64,000 nt of DNA, from the IMG/VR virus record IMGVR_UViG_3300044652_000022, positions 1 through 64,000 of that record. One strand, 5' to 3'. Every line of letters begins with the position of its first letter. Within the stretch, counting starts at the first letter, position 1. Made by a program: the position numbers and the translations under genes. The notes beneath the pieces were generated by a model. It saw only the letters and a program-made list of their open reading frames with translations. It did not search any database and was not told the origin of the DNA. Positions 47,731 to 56,807 of this stretch are shown one piece after another. Source of the DNA: a virus. Lineage: Duplodnaviria; Caudoviricetes.

Positions 47731-48434
47731 TGCCTGTCCCAAAAGAGGTTGAGCAGGAGTTCCAGGACGCCCTGGACGCCTACATTAAAGACTGGAAGGC
47801 GGACCTTCTCGCTCACGCCAAAGAGTATGAGGCGAAAAAGGAGAAGCGCGAAAAGCCCAAATGTCCGCATTGCGGATCGAGCGACTACGGGCTTCTCCCT
47901 GCCGACTTCGAAACGGCTCGCTGCCACAACTGCGGCAAGACATGGGACCACGGCATTGTTCCCGGCATCAACGATCCATACGAAAAACGCCAGGTCGAAG
48001 TTTCTGGGACGATCACGAAATTGGACAAGAGCCGCCACCTGGTGTTTGGATGGTTCTCGATTGTCAAGGTGGACGGACGTCCGGTCGTGGACAGCCAGCA
48101 GGATATCATCACGCCAGAAACCCTCGAGGACTCTGCCTACCAGTTTGTCTTGAACGCGCGAGTGGCTGGCGAGATGCACAACAAGGACGGCGACAACACG
48201 GTGGTTGGCGTCGGGCGCCTCGTAGAGTCTGTGGTCTTTACGAAAGAAAAGCAAGCCGCCATCGTGTCTAGCCTAACCGACCAGCACATCTCTGCCGTGA
48301 TGGATCTTGGGATGGAGGGCTGGTGGGGCGGCTTTCGCATCGAGGACGAAGCCACTTGGGCGAAGGTAGTTACCGGAGAACTGCGCGCCTTCTCGATTGG
48401 CGGCAAGGGCAAGCGAGAAAAGATTTCGGAATAG
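47730..48434 (+). CDS. XkdF-like prohead serine protease
   Basis: LVFGW, DIITPETLE, GEMH, VESVV, WWGGF, FSIGG. Confidence 0.85.
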   Translation: MPVPKEVEQEFQDALDAYIKDWKADLLAHAKEYEAKKEKREKPKCPHCGSSDYGLLPADFETARCHNCGKTWDHGIVPGINDPYEKRQVEVSGTITKLDKSRHLVFGWFSIVKVDGRPVVDSQQDIITPETLEDSAYQFVLNARVAGEMHNKDGDNTVVGVGRLVESVVFTKEKQAAIVSSLTDQHISAVMDLGMEGWWGGFRIEDEATWAKVVTGELRAFSIGGKGKREKISE

Positions 48435-48443
48435 GAGTGACAG

Positions 48444-48866
48444 ATGGCCAATAGCTGGTACAACGTGGCGCTGGACAATTTCGCCAAAAAGCAAATCGAC
48501 TGGATCAACGACACGATCAAAGCCGTCCTGATCGACTCGGGCGCTTACACGTTCGCAGCCACGCACGCCGACCTGACCTCGATCCCGACTGGGTCGCGCA
48601 TCGGGACGCCGCAGACGTTGGCTGGGAAAACAGTTTCAGGAGGCGGCATTTTAGACGCCAACGACATTACCTTCCCGGCTGTGGCGCAGACCAACCCGAC
48701 GGTCGAGGCGGTGCTGGTTTACGCGGAAGGCGGCGGTACGGACGCGACACGCACGCCGCTCCTGTATTTGGACACCTTCGACGTGGGCGCGCTGTCCGTG
48801 CAACCCAACGGCGGCGATATCGCCATCACCTGGGACAACGGGACCAACAAGATCGCGAAGTTATGA
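48444..48866 (+). CDS. Virion structural protein (fibre/decoration-associated family)
   Basis: IDWINDTIKAVLID..PNGGDIAITWDNGTNKIAKL, a common phage family. Confidence 0.7.
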   Translation: MANSWYNVALDNFAKKQIDWINDTIKAVLIDSGAYTFAATHADLTSIPTGSRIGTPQTLAGKTVSGGGILDANDITFPAVAQTNPTVEAVLVYAEGGGTDATRTPLLYLDTFDVGALSVQPNGGDIAITWDNGTNKIAKL

Positions 48867-49309
48867 ACACCGACAGCGTGCGGGTTTTGCTGAACTTCAG
48901 CCGCGATACGGATGTTGGGACGTATAGCGACTCCATCAACCTGTCGCAGGAAGAATACGCTGCCATGACCGCCGACCAAATCGAGGCGATGAAACAGGAG
49001 CGTGTGAACGCCTGGGTTAATCTGGTAAAGAACCCGCCACCGCCTCCACCACCCGATCCCACCGTAAGACGGATCGACAAATGGACGTTTCGGCAGCGGT
49101 TCACGTTTAACGAGCAGGCTGCTATCGCTGCCGCACCGCTGAACAACGACCTTCCGATTCAGGTCCGCGGAGCGGTGCGCGCGATCCTCGACAACCTCGA
49201 CGCAGCACCCGACGTAGGACTAGACGATCCCGACACCCAGGCAATGCTCCAGCAGCTAGTCACCTTCGGGCTCCTGACAGCCGATCGTGTTCCTTTAATC
49301 CTGAGCTAA
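48863..49309 (+). CDS. Fibre chaperone-like hypothetical protein
   Basis: FRQRFT..V.LDDPDTQ..L..GLLTADR pattern. Confidence 0.55.
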   Translation: MNTDSVRVLLNFSRDTDVGTYSDSINLSQEEYAAMTADQIEAMKQERVNAWVNLVKNPPPPPPPDPTVRRIDKWTFRQRFTFNEQAAIAAAPLNNDLPIQVRGAVRAILDNLDAAPDVGLDDPDTQAMLQQLVTFGLLTADRVPLILS

Positions 49310-49310
49310 C

Positions 49311-52184
49311 GTGGCGACGCGGACTATCAGCAACGCGGGCGGCAATTGGAACGCCACCGGGACCTGGGTGGAAGGTGCGGTCCCGACGGCCTCCGACGAC
49401 GTGGTAGCAACCGCTACCAGCGGGAATCTGACGATCAACGCCGCGGCTTCGTGCCGCTCGATTGACCTGACGAACTACACCGGGACCGTGACGCATAACG
49501 CGGCGATATCGCTGTCGATTGGGACTACGACGACCAACGCTAGCAACACGGCGCTGGTGTTCCCGTCAACCGGGTGGACGTACACACTTGGGAACAGCGC
49601 CACTTCCGCTCTGGTGTTCGCCAGCACCTCCGCCACGCAGCAAACGATTGACTTTGGCGGCAAGACAGTAGGTAACGTGACGTTTAACGGTGCTGGATCG
49701 AGCTACCTGCTGTCCAGCGCCATGAACTCTAGCGGAACCTTGACGCTGAACGCCGGAACATTCAACAGCAACGCCAAAAACGTCACCGCCTCCGTTATCA
49801 ATACGAACACCGGAACCACGACCCGCGTCCTGACCTTGACGAACTCGACCGTGACGCTGACGGGCTCTGGCGTAAACGCCTTCGACAGTGGGAACCCTTC
49901 GGGATCGAATCTGACGATCAATGCTACGGGCTCCACCGTCAATATGACCGGTGCCAGCGCCATCTTTAAAAACGGGTACACGTTCGGGACCCTCAATCTC
50001 CAGGCGGCGAATCAGCAAATTGGCAATACAGGATCGGGCGCTTCGGGTACGTACACCTCCGTCAATTACACGGGCGGCGGCAACATGGCGATGCAGAATG
50101 GAACCTTTACCAATCTGACCGTCACCGGGACTGCCGCCAAGACCGACAATATCCTAATTCGCGCGATCACCGTAACTGGGACCCTGACGATCAATGGGAA
50201 CTCGGCCTCGAACCGTCTCCTGATTTCCTCCGATATCGTCAACACCCAGCGCGTCATCACGCTGCAAGGCGCCGGTGCCAATGTCGTCGCGTCCAACGTC
50301 GACTTTATGGATGTTGGGTTTGCCCAGGGCACCGGCGGTCCTGCGATGCCGATTAACCTGTCCGCCATTTCAGGTGGAGCAGGTGACGCTGGAGGAAATT
50401 CCAACATCACGTTTTCTGCATCCCAGACAAACTACTGGGTAGCGGATACCGGGAACTGGTCCGACAGCACGAAATGGAAACTTTCTGACCATACCACCGC
50501 TGGGCGCGTTCCGCTTCCTCAGGATGACGTGCGTTTCGACGCCAGCAGCTTCACGGCGACTGGGAAACAGGTCACGACCGACATGCCGCGCGTTGGTCGC
50601 AACGTTGACTTTACCGGCGTCACGAATAGCCCGACGCTAGTGCCCAACGGAACTGGGTTGCTGTTCATGGGCAGTTTAACGATGGTGTCGGGCATGACCC
50701 AGAACACCACCGTATTCACGTCGTATACGTTTGGCGCCCGAAGCACCGCCATTACTATCACTAGCGCAGGCAAAACGCTGCCTGGCGGATTGACGCTGAA
50801 TCTGGTTGGCGGATCGCTGACCTTGCAGGACGCTTTGAACAGCAACGGTGCGATCATCCACAACTTCGGGACCTTCGACGCCGTTTCCTACAACGTCACC
50901 GGGCAGAACTTCCAGTCCAACAATAGCAACACCCGCAGCATCAAAATGGGGTCCGGGACCTGGACGCTGTGGGGTGACTTCACGATCTGGAACACCGCCA
51001 CCCAGACCAACCTGACGTTCAACGCAGGGACCTCGACGCTGGTCATTTCTTCGACTTCAGGCAGCGGGCGCACTTTCACTCCTGGCGGCGGATTGACGTT
51101 CTACAACCTGACGATTACAGGTGGCGGAACGGGATCGGTGACGATTCAAAGCGCTAGCACGTTCCACAACTTGGTAATTGGGGCTCCCAAGACCGTCATC
51201 TTCCCGTCGTCAACGACGCAGACCATTACCGGAATCTTCGATGCGGTTGGTTCGAGCGGGAATGTTATCACGATCCAAGCCAGCACGTCTGGGACCGCCG
51301 CCACCTTGAGTAAAGCCAGCGGGATTGCGGTAGCCAATTATCTGTCGCTGAAGGACAGCACGGCTACGGGTGGAGCGACGTGGTACGCAGGCGCCAACTC
51401 GACCACCGTGTCCAACGTCACCGGTTGGACGATGACCAACCCGCCGACGCAAACCGAAAACATGACGGCGCGGGCTTCGGTCGTCGCATACGGTTCTCCG
51501 CACCTGACCAGCAATCGCACCATGACCCTCACCGCAAAGGGCTCGGCGGTCGCTTACGGTGCCACGCATTTGACCCCGCCTGCGTCGTTGCTCACACTGA
51601 CCTCCCGCGCCACCGTCGTCGCATTTGGATCACCGACTTTAAAACAGGCGATCTTGATGAACCCGGTGGCGCGAGGGTCGGTGGTGGCCTTTGGGACCGC
51701 GAGTCTTACGCCAGGTGCTGTCACGCTGCATCCACCTGCGTTATCGGCTGGTGTACTCGGTGCTGCGCATCTGTCCACGCTGCGGACTGTGTTCCCAAAC
51801 GCTGTACTCAGCGCGCAAGCGGAAGGCGCTCCCCACCTGTTGTCGGTGTTCAATACGCATCCGGTGGGCTTGGCTTCGTCGCGAGTGTTTGGGCAGCCGC
51901 ATCTTTTCTCGCTGTTCACTTTTCATGCGATTGGGAAAGGGTCGTCCGCCGCGCCAGGGTTAGCGCACCTGCTCGCGCTGTACCGCATGAATCTGGTTGG
52001 CGTCGTGGACCCCGCGCAATTGGGTGTCCCGCATTTTATCCTGTCCAAGTTTTTCGAACCGATTCTCCTCACCGCAGAATGGAACCCGCAAGTGGACCTC
52101 GCTGCGGTGTGGGGGTTCGCAGACGGTGAAGGCAATCTAGAGGGGTCGTTCGTGGCTGACCTTTCGATGCAGGGTGAGATATGA
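49311..52184 (+). CDS. Large beta-helix/adhesin-like fibre protein
   Basis: 957 aa, G/T/N/S-rich LTxNxG repeats; C-terminal G.PHL repeats. Confidence 0.75.
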   Translation: MATRTISNAGGNWNATGTWVEGAVPTASDDVVATATSGNLTINAAASCRSIDLTNYTGTVTHNAAISLSIGTTTTNASNTALVFPSTGWTYTLGNSATSALVFASTSATQQTIDFGGKTVGNVTFNGAGSSYLLSSAMNSSGTLTLNAGTFNSNAKNVTASVINTNTGTTTRVLTLTNSTVTLTGSGVNAFDSGNPSGSNLTINATGSTVNMTGASAIFKNGYTFGTLNLQAANQQIGNTGSGASGTYTSVNYTGGGNMAMQNGTFTNLTVTGTAAKTDNILIRAITVTGTLTINGNSASNRLLISSDIVNTQRVITLQGAGANVVASNVDFMDVGFAQGTGGPAMPINLSAISGGAGDAGGNSNITFSASQTNYWVADTGNWSDSTKWKLSDHTTAGRVPLPQDDVRFDASSFTATGKQVTTDMPRVGRNVDFTGVTNSPTLVPNGTGLLFMGSLTMVSGMTQNTTVFTSYTFGARSTAITITSAGKTLPGGLTLNLVGGSLTLQDALNSNGAIIHNFGTFDAVSYNVTGQNFQSNNSNTRSIKMGSGTWTLWGDFTIWNTATQTNLTFNAGTSTLVISSTSGSGRTFTPGGGLTFYNLTITGGGTGSVTIQSASTFHNLVIGAPKTVIFPSSTTQTITGIFDAVGSSGNVITIQASTSGTAATLSKASGIAVANYLSLKDSTATGGATWYAGANSTTVSNVTGWTMTNPPTQTENMTARASVVAYGSPHLTSNRTMTLTAKGSAVAYGATHLTPPASLLTLTSRATVVAFGSPTLKQAILMNPVARGSVVAFGTASLTPGAVTLHPPALSAGVLGAAHLSTLRTVFPNAVLSAQAEGAPHLLSVFNTHPVGLASSRVFGQPHLFSLFTFHAIGKGSSAAPGLAHLLALYRMNLVGVVDPAQLGVPHFILSKFFEPILLTAEWNPQVDLAAVWGFADGEGNLEGSFVADLSMQGEI

Positions 52185-52552
52185 GCAAGCAGCAGAACAT
52201 TGACGAGTTGCCCATCGGCTGCTATCGCCGTCTGAAGGTTACGGTCACGGACCCGGACAACAATAATGCTCCGCTCGACCTGACCAGCGTCCAGGAGATC
52301 CGCTGGGTGCTATCTGCCCTGCCGTCGTACGCGGTCAAGGTAAGCAAAACGCTGGAAGACGGGATCACGATCCTCGACCAGACCGTGACCGAAAACGTCG
52401 GACAGTTCCTGGTTGAAATTGCACCGACCGACACCGACGGCTTCAAGCCAGGTATCTATTATCACGAGGCGCGCGTCGTGGATTATCTGGGACGCCCGGA
52501 CGTGGTGGTCTGGGGAAAAGTCACCGTAAAAGCCAGCCCCTCGAATAGCTAA
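52181..52552 (+). CDS. BppU-N/Ig-like structural protein
   Basis: PLDLT..VKVSKT..G.F.VEIAPTDT..YYHEARV. Confidence 0.65.
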   Translation: MSKQQNIDELPIGCYRRLKVTVTDPDNNNAPLDLTSVQEIRWVLSALPSYAVKVSKTLEDGITILDQTVTENVGQFLVEIAPTDTDGFKPGIYYHEARVVDYLGRPDVVVWGKVTVKASPSNS

Positions 52553-52562
52553 GGAGGATTCT

Positions 52563-53897
52563 ATGGCGCAGGAATTGAGAGAACTGGAACTCGAGGAGGT
52601 TAGCCTCGTGGACCGCCCGGCCTGTTCAGAAAAAGGCATCCCGCGCGCGAGGATCGCGCTGACCAAGCGCCACGCGGAGGTGGTGAAGGCCGGGACCAAG
52701 GGCGTCAAATTTGTTATCGGATTTCCCAAGGAGGGCGGTGGAGGATCGGAAGTCCAGTCCGTAATCTTCGATCAAAACGACTGGACGGAGGATGAAGCGC
52801 GGCAGTGGTTGAAAGACCACGACTTCTCCTCAGGCAAGATGGACAAGACAGAAGGGTCCTTGCGGTTTCGTCAGGCGGACCCGGACAAGTTCGGGAGATT
52901 CAGGACCATCTCTCCTGGACAGGTGAAAAAGGAAGGAGACCACTCAATGACGTTGGAGCAAATCGAAAAGAAAGTCGAGGAGCAGGACAAGGTTCTCAAG
53001 GGCATCCAGGATGAGAACACGGTCCTGAAAACCGAAAACGAACTCGTTCTGAAGATGAACTCCGAGGAGCGCAGGCTATACGCGGTGATGCCCGCAGAGC
53101 GCCGCCTCGAGTACATCAACGGCGACGTAGCCAAGCGGAAAAAGCTCCTGGAGGATCAGGAGAAGGAGGAGAAGGAGAAGGCGCTGGTTGGCGGGCTGGA
53201 CGACACCCGCAAGGCCGAGTATGCGGCAGCGGGTCCCGCGCGCCGCGCGCAGATCCTCAAGGAAGCTGAGGAGGCGCTGGAAAAGAAAAAGACCGCGAAA
53301 GCCATGTGCCCCGATTGCGACGGCACGGGCGAGGTGGACGGCGAGGACTGCCCGACCTGCGATGGCACGGGCGAGGTGGACAGCAGCGAAATGGACAAGC
53401 ACAAAAAGGAACCGAAAAAGACCGAGAAGCGCGACGACGACCCCCGCATCGTGGAACTCCAGAAGCGGGCGGCCGAAGCCGAGGACAACGTGGCCAAGGT
53501 GACCGCCAAACTCAGCGAGATCGAGAAGCGCGAGCGCCTCGAGAACTTCACCAAGCGCGCCGAGGAAGAGCTGCCCAATACGCCTGGCAGCCCGGCCGAA
53601 AAGGGCGAGATGCTGATGAAAATGGCGGACGCCTTCGGCGGTGTCCACAGCGCCGAATACAAGCGCTATTTCGGGACGCTGAAGGAGGCGGACAAGATTT
53701 ACGCCTCGCAGTACACCGAGATCGGCAAGATGGGCGGACCGATCCCGGCGGCCAAGGTCTGGGACGCGAAGGTGGAGGAGATCGCCAAGCGCGACAAACT
53801 CGGCATCGGGAAGGCGACGGCGGTGGCGATGAAGGAAGCGCCCGAACTGTACGTGGAGTACGAACGCGCCCAGCGGCAACTCGTCCGGTCGATCTAA
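52563..53897 (+). CDS. Scaffold protein with N-terminal protease strand and DnaJ-type Zn finger
   Basis: ELELEEVSLVDRPA; two CxxCDGTG motifs; charged coiled coil; upstream of the capsid genes. Confidence 0.75.
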   Translation: MAQELRELELEEVSLVDRPACSEKGIPRARIALTKRHAEVVKAGTKGVKFVIGFPKEGGGGSEVQSVIFDQNDWTEDEARQWLKDHDFSSGKMDKTEGSLRFRQADPDKFGRFRTISPGQVKKEGDHSMTLEQIEKKVEEQDKVLKGIQDENTVLKTENELVLKMNSEERRLYAVMPAERRLEYINGDVAKRKKLLEDQEKEEKEKALVGGLDDTRKAEYAAAGPARRAQILKEAEEALEKKKTAKAMCPDCDGTGEVDGEDCPTCDGTGEVDSSEMDKHKKEPKKTEKRDDDPRIVELQKRAAEAEDNVAKVTAKLSEIEKRERLENFTKRAEEELPNTPGSPAEKGEMLMKMADAFGGVHSAEYKRYFGTLKEADKIYASQYTEIGKMGGPIPAAKVWDAKVEEIAKRDKLGIGKATAVAMKEAPELYVEYERAQRQLVRSI

Positions 53898-53947
53898 CGA
53901 CCGGGCTCTGCGGCCGTCGATAGGTTAACCGAAGCAAGGAGAAGAAA

Positions 53948-54313
53948 ATGGCCTTTGAAATTCAAAGCTCGAAGTCGATCAATGCAGGTGTGGACCTGCG
54001 GACCAAGCAGTACACCTTCGTCCGTCTCGACAACACGGGGCGCCTGGCCTCCGCGGGTGCGGGCGCGTCGGCGATTGGTGTCCTGCAGGACAAGCCCAAC
54101 CTGAACGACCCTGGCGCCGTCTGTGGACCCGGCGACATTACCAAGATCGTTTGCGGTGGCAACATCCCGGCGGGCGCGGATATCATGTCCGACGCCAACG
54201 GCGCTGCGGTCGTCGCCACCAGCGGGTCGTACATTTTGGGAGCCAATCTGTACGGCGCCGGCGTCGCGGGCGCGGTCATCACCATGCGCTTCCAGCCGCG
54301 CGGTCGGATGTAG
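53948..54313 (+). CDS. Capsid cement/decoration protein (DUF2190-like)
   Basis: 121 aa, Gly/Ala-rich beta pattern directly before the MCP. Confidence 0.75.
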   Translation: MAFEIQSSKSINAGVDLRTKQYTFVRLDNTGRLASAGAGASAIGVLQDKPNLNDPGAVCGPGDITKIVCGGNIPAGADIMSDANGAAVVATSGSYILGANLYGAGVAGAVITMRFQPRGRM

Positions 54314-54354
54314 GAAGCGGTGTAGGACTTCAGGAGAAAAGGAGAACAGCGTAA

Positions 54355-55356
54355 ATGCCTCAACCGACCTTAGCAGATATTCACGTAAACCGACCGCTGA
54401 CGAACCTCACGGTCGGCTACGTCCAGGACGCCTCGGACTTCGCGGCCGGACAGCTTTTTCCCAGCGTGCCCGTCACGTCTCGATCGGATCTGTACTACGT
54501 GTACAACCGCGGCGACTTCTTCCGCAACAACATGCAGAAGCGGGCGCCGGGAACTCCCGCGGCTGCTGGCGGCTACAAGCTGACCACGGCGCCGTATACG
54601 GCGGACGTTTGGGCGCTCAAGAAAATCATTGACGACCAGATCCGCGCCAACTACGAGTCGCCGCTCGACGCTGAACGCGACGCCACGCAGTGGCTCACGC
54701 AGCAGGCCCTCATCAATCGCGACGTGAACTTCGTCGCCGCCTATTTTGGCACCGGCATCTGGGGCACGGACCTGACCGGGCATCCGACCACCGCCGACGC
54801 CACGCATTTCATCCAGTGGTCCAACACGGCCTCGACCCCCATCGACGACATCCTCAACGCCCAGCTTTACATGAAGCGGACGACTGGGATGTGGCCGAAC
54901 GTGCTGGCTCTGGGCGCGCAGGTCTACATCAAACTCCTGACGCACCCGCAGATCATCGACCGCTTGAAATACGGTCAAACGGGACCTGGTCCGGTGGTCG
55001 TCAGCACCTCCGACCTCCAGGCTCTGTTCAAAGTGGACAAGGTCGTGGTCATGTCGGCGATCCAGACGACTTCGCCGGAGAACATGGACCCGACGGGCGC
55101 TGGCGACACGTTCGACTTCATCGCCGGGAAACACGCCCTCCTCGCCTACGCCTCTCCGAATCCCGGGCTCATGCAGCCCTCCGCCGGGTACACGTTCAAT
55201 TGGACCGGGCTGACGGGCGCCACGGCCGCTGGCATTCGGATCAAGAAATTCCGCTGGGAAGTCGACGCTGCCGACCACCTGGAAATCGAGCAGGCTTACG
55301 CCTTCGGTAAAGTGGCGGCGGAGTTGGGCTACTTCTTCAGCGGCGCCGTGGCGTAG
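54355..55356 (+). CDS. Major capsid protein (HK97 fold)
   Basis: VNRPLTNLTVGY, FPSVPV; 333 aa; strong codon bias; synteny. Confidence 0.88.
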   Translation: MPQPTLADIHVNRPLTNLTVGYVQDASDFAAGQLFPSVPVTSRSDLYYVYNRGDFFRNNMQKRAPGTPAAAGGYKLTTAPYTADVWALKKIIDDQIRANYESPLDAERDATQWLTQQALINRDVNFVAAYFGTGIWGTDLTGHPTTADATHFIQWSNTASTPIDDILNAQLYMKRTTGMWPNVLALGAQVYIKLLTHPQIIDRLKYGQTGPGPVVVSTSDLQALFKVDKVVVMSAIQTTSPENMDPTGAGDTFDFIAGKHALLAYASPNPGLMQPSAGYTFNWTGLTGATAAGIRIKKFRWEVDAADHLEIEQAYAFGKVAAELGYFFSGAVA

Positions 55357-55388
55357 TTGTAGTAGTTCGCGACGAAAGGAAAAAGGCA

Positions 55389-55847
55389 ATGCGTTTTTGC
55401 GACCGTCCACATGAAAACACCATCGACTTCGGAGCCTCGCGGTTCGTGGTCGGCAAAGGGTGCGGGATCGACGTGGACGGCCAGCACCTGGAATTAGGAG
55501 ATCCAGTACCCGAGGGGCTCGGCATGGACGTCTTACGACGCATGTACGAGCCTCCTCTACGTCTCATCGAGGTGGTCGAGTACGCGATGAAGGTCCCTGA
55601 ACTGCGCGAGGCTTGCGCCCGCAGACAAGGAGAACCTGCCGCCGTGAGTGCGCCCGCTGCCCAGACGCCGGAACCCAAGACTCCTGCGCCTGACGCTCAT
55701 CCGCCCAAGCAGCCCAAGTACTCCACCGACTACCTCGATGGGCTCTCCGCAAGCGAACTCCAGAACCTCTGCCGCAAACATAAACTCGCCACATCCTATG
55801 TCAACAAAGCCCAGTTACGGGACCGTCTCCGAACCGTGGTGGTCTAG
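55389..55847 (+). CDS. Head-associated hypothetical protein with SAP/HeH-like C-terminus
   Basis: LSASELQNLCRKHKL..NKAQLRDRL. Confidence 0.65.
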   Translation: MRFCDRPHENTIDFGASRFVVGKGCGIDVDGQHLELGDPVPEGLGMDVLRRMYEPPLRLIEVVEYAMKVPELREACARRQGEPAAVSAPAAQTPEPKTPAPDAHPPKQPKYSTDYLDGLSASELQNLCRKHKLATSYVNKAQLRDRLRTVVV

Positions 55848-56385
55848 GGTCTGGCTGATAGCCAACGGTCCCTCGGCTCTCCGGTTCGACTACAGTTTAA
55901 TGCGCGGTCAGACGGTATGCGCGGTCAACGACGCCGCCATCCGTCTGTATCCGCTGCGCCAGCAGTTCGCCTCCTTATCCGTGTTCAGTCTGGACAGCGT
56001 GTGGGTCAATAAGAACTGCAAGTTTCTGGCGGATTTCGACGGCGAAAAATTCGTCGCCTTGCCGCTCGACACATTTCCTGAATGCGACGGCATTCCAGGT
56101 GTCACGTACCTGCAATGGAGCACGAAGCCTGGCCTCAGCGACGATCCTGGCGTCATTTGCACAGGCGGCAATTCGGGATACGGAGCGCTGAACCTGGCCT
56201 ACCTGAAAAAGGCGCGCTACATCAACCTCGTTGGCTACGACATGCACCCTGCCGACAAGCCGCACTTCCCGATCTGGTCGGCGATGTTTCAGGAGGCCGT
56301 TCCCCAGCTTCGCAAAAACGGTGTCCTCGTTCTCAATTTCAATCCCCATAGCAATATTCATGCATTCCCGAAGGTGCCTCGATGA
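55798..56385 (+). CDS. Glycosyltransferase-like (Maf/DUF115/sialyltransferase-type fold), paralog 1
   Basis: IANGPS, AVND, GGNSGYGALNLAY, LVGYDM; start inferred by comparison with paralog 2. Confidence 0.7.
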   Translation: MSTKPSYGTVSEPWWSRVWLIANGPSALRFDYSLMRGQTVCAVNDAAIRLYPLRQQFASLSVFSLDSVWVNKNCKFLADFDGEKFVALPLDTFPECDGIPGVTYLQWSTKPGLSDDPGVICTGGNSGYGALNLAYLKKARYINLVGYDMHPADKPHFPIWSAMFQEAVPQLRKNGVLVLNFNPHSNIHAFPKVPR

Positions 56386-56807
56386 GCTGGACCTACTCTG
56401 GCGACCCTTCTAATTCCGACCTGGACGAGGTTCGGTTTCTGATTGGCGACACGAACCCCGACGAAGCCCAACTTCAGGACGAGGAAATTCAGTACCTCGT
56501 CAATCTATACGGCTCCGGCCCAGCCGGGAATCTGGTGCCGGCTATCTATGCCATCGAGTCGCTGATTGCGCGCTATGCGCGGTCGGTAGACAAGTCGGTG
56601 GGCGACCTGCGCATCTCCCATTCCAATCGCGTAAAGCAGTTTCAGGATTTGGCGACGAGACTGCGCCAGCGCGCGACGTTGAAAGGCGTCCGCACGTTCT
56701 TTACCAGCACCGCCGATGGTGAGGTGGTAAGCGGACGTCGGTCCGTGTTCGACAGCACCTCCGGGTTGTTCGATTCCGCATCCGGTTCCTTTGACGACGA
56801 ATTATGA
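56382..56807 (+). CDS. Head-tail adaptor
   Basis: MSWTYSGDP..VRFLIGDT..DEEI. Confidence 0.8.
   Translation: MSWTYSGDPSNSDLDEVRFLIGDTNPDEAQLQDEEIQYLVNLYGSGPAGNLVPAIYAIESLIARYARSVDKSVGDLRISHSNRVKQFQDLATRLRQRATLKGVRTFFTSTADGEVVSGRRSVFDSTSGLFDSASGSFDDEL

Noticed and set aside
3189-55410. Long minus-strand ORFs (3189-4358, 13266-14375, 15946-16881, 25591-26667, 45010-45981, 46378-47664, 54370-55410)
   Set aside because: Antisense shadows of well-supported plus-strand genes in GC-rich DNA.
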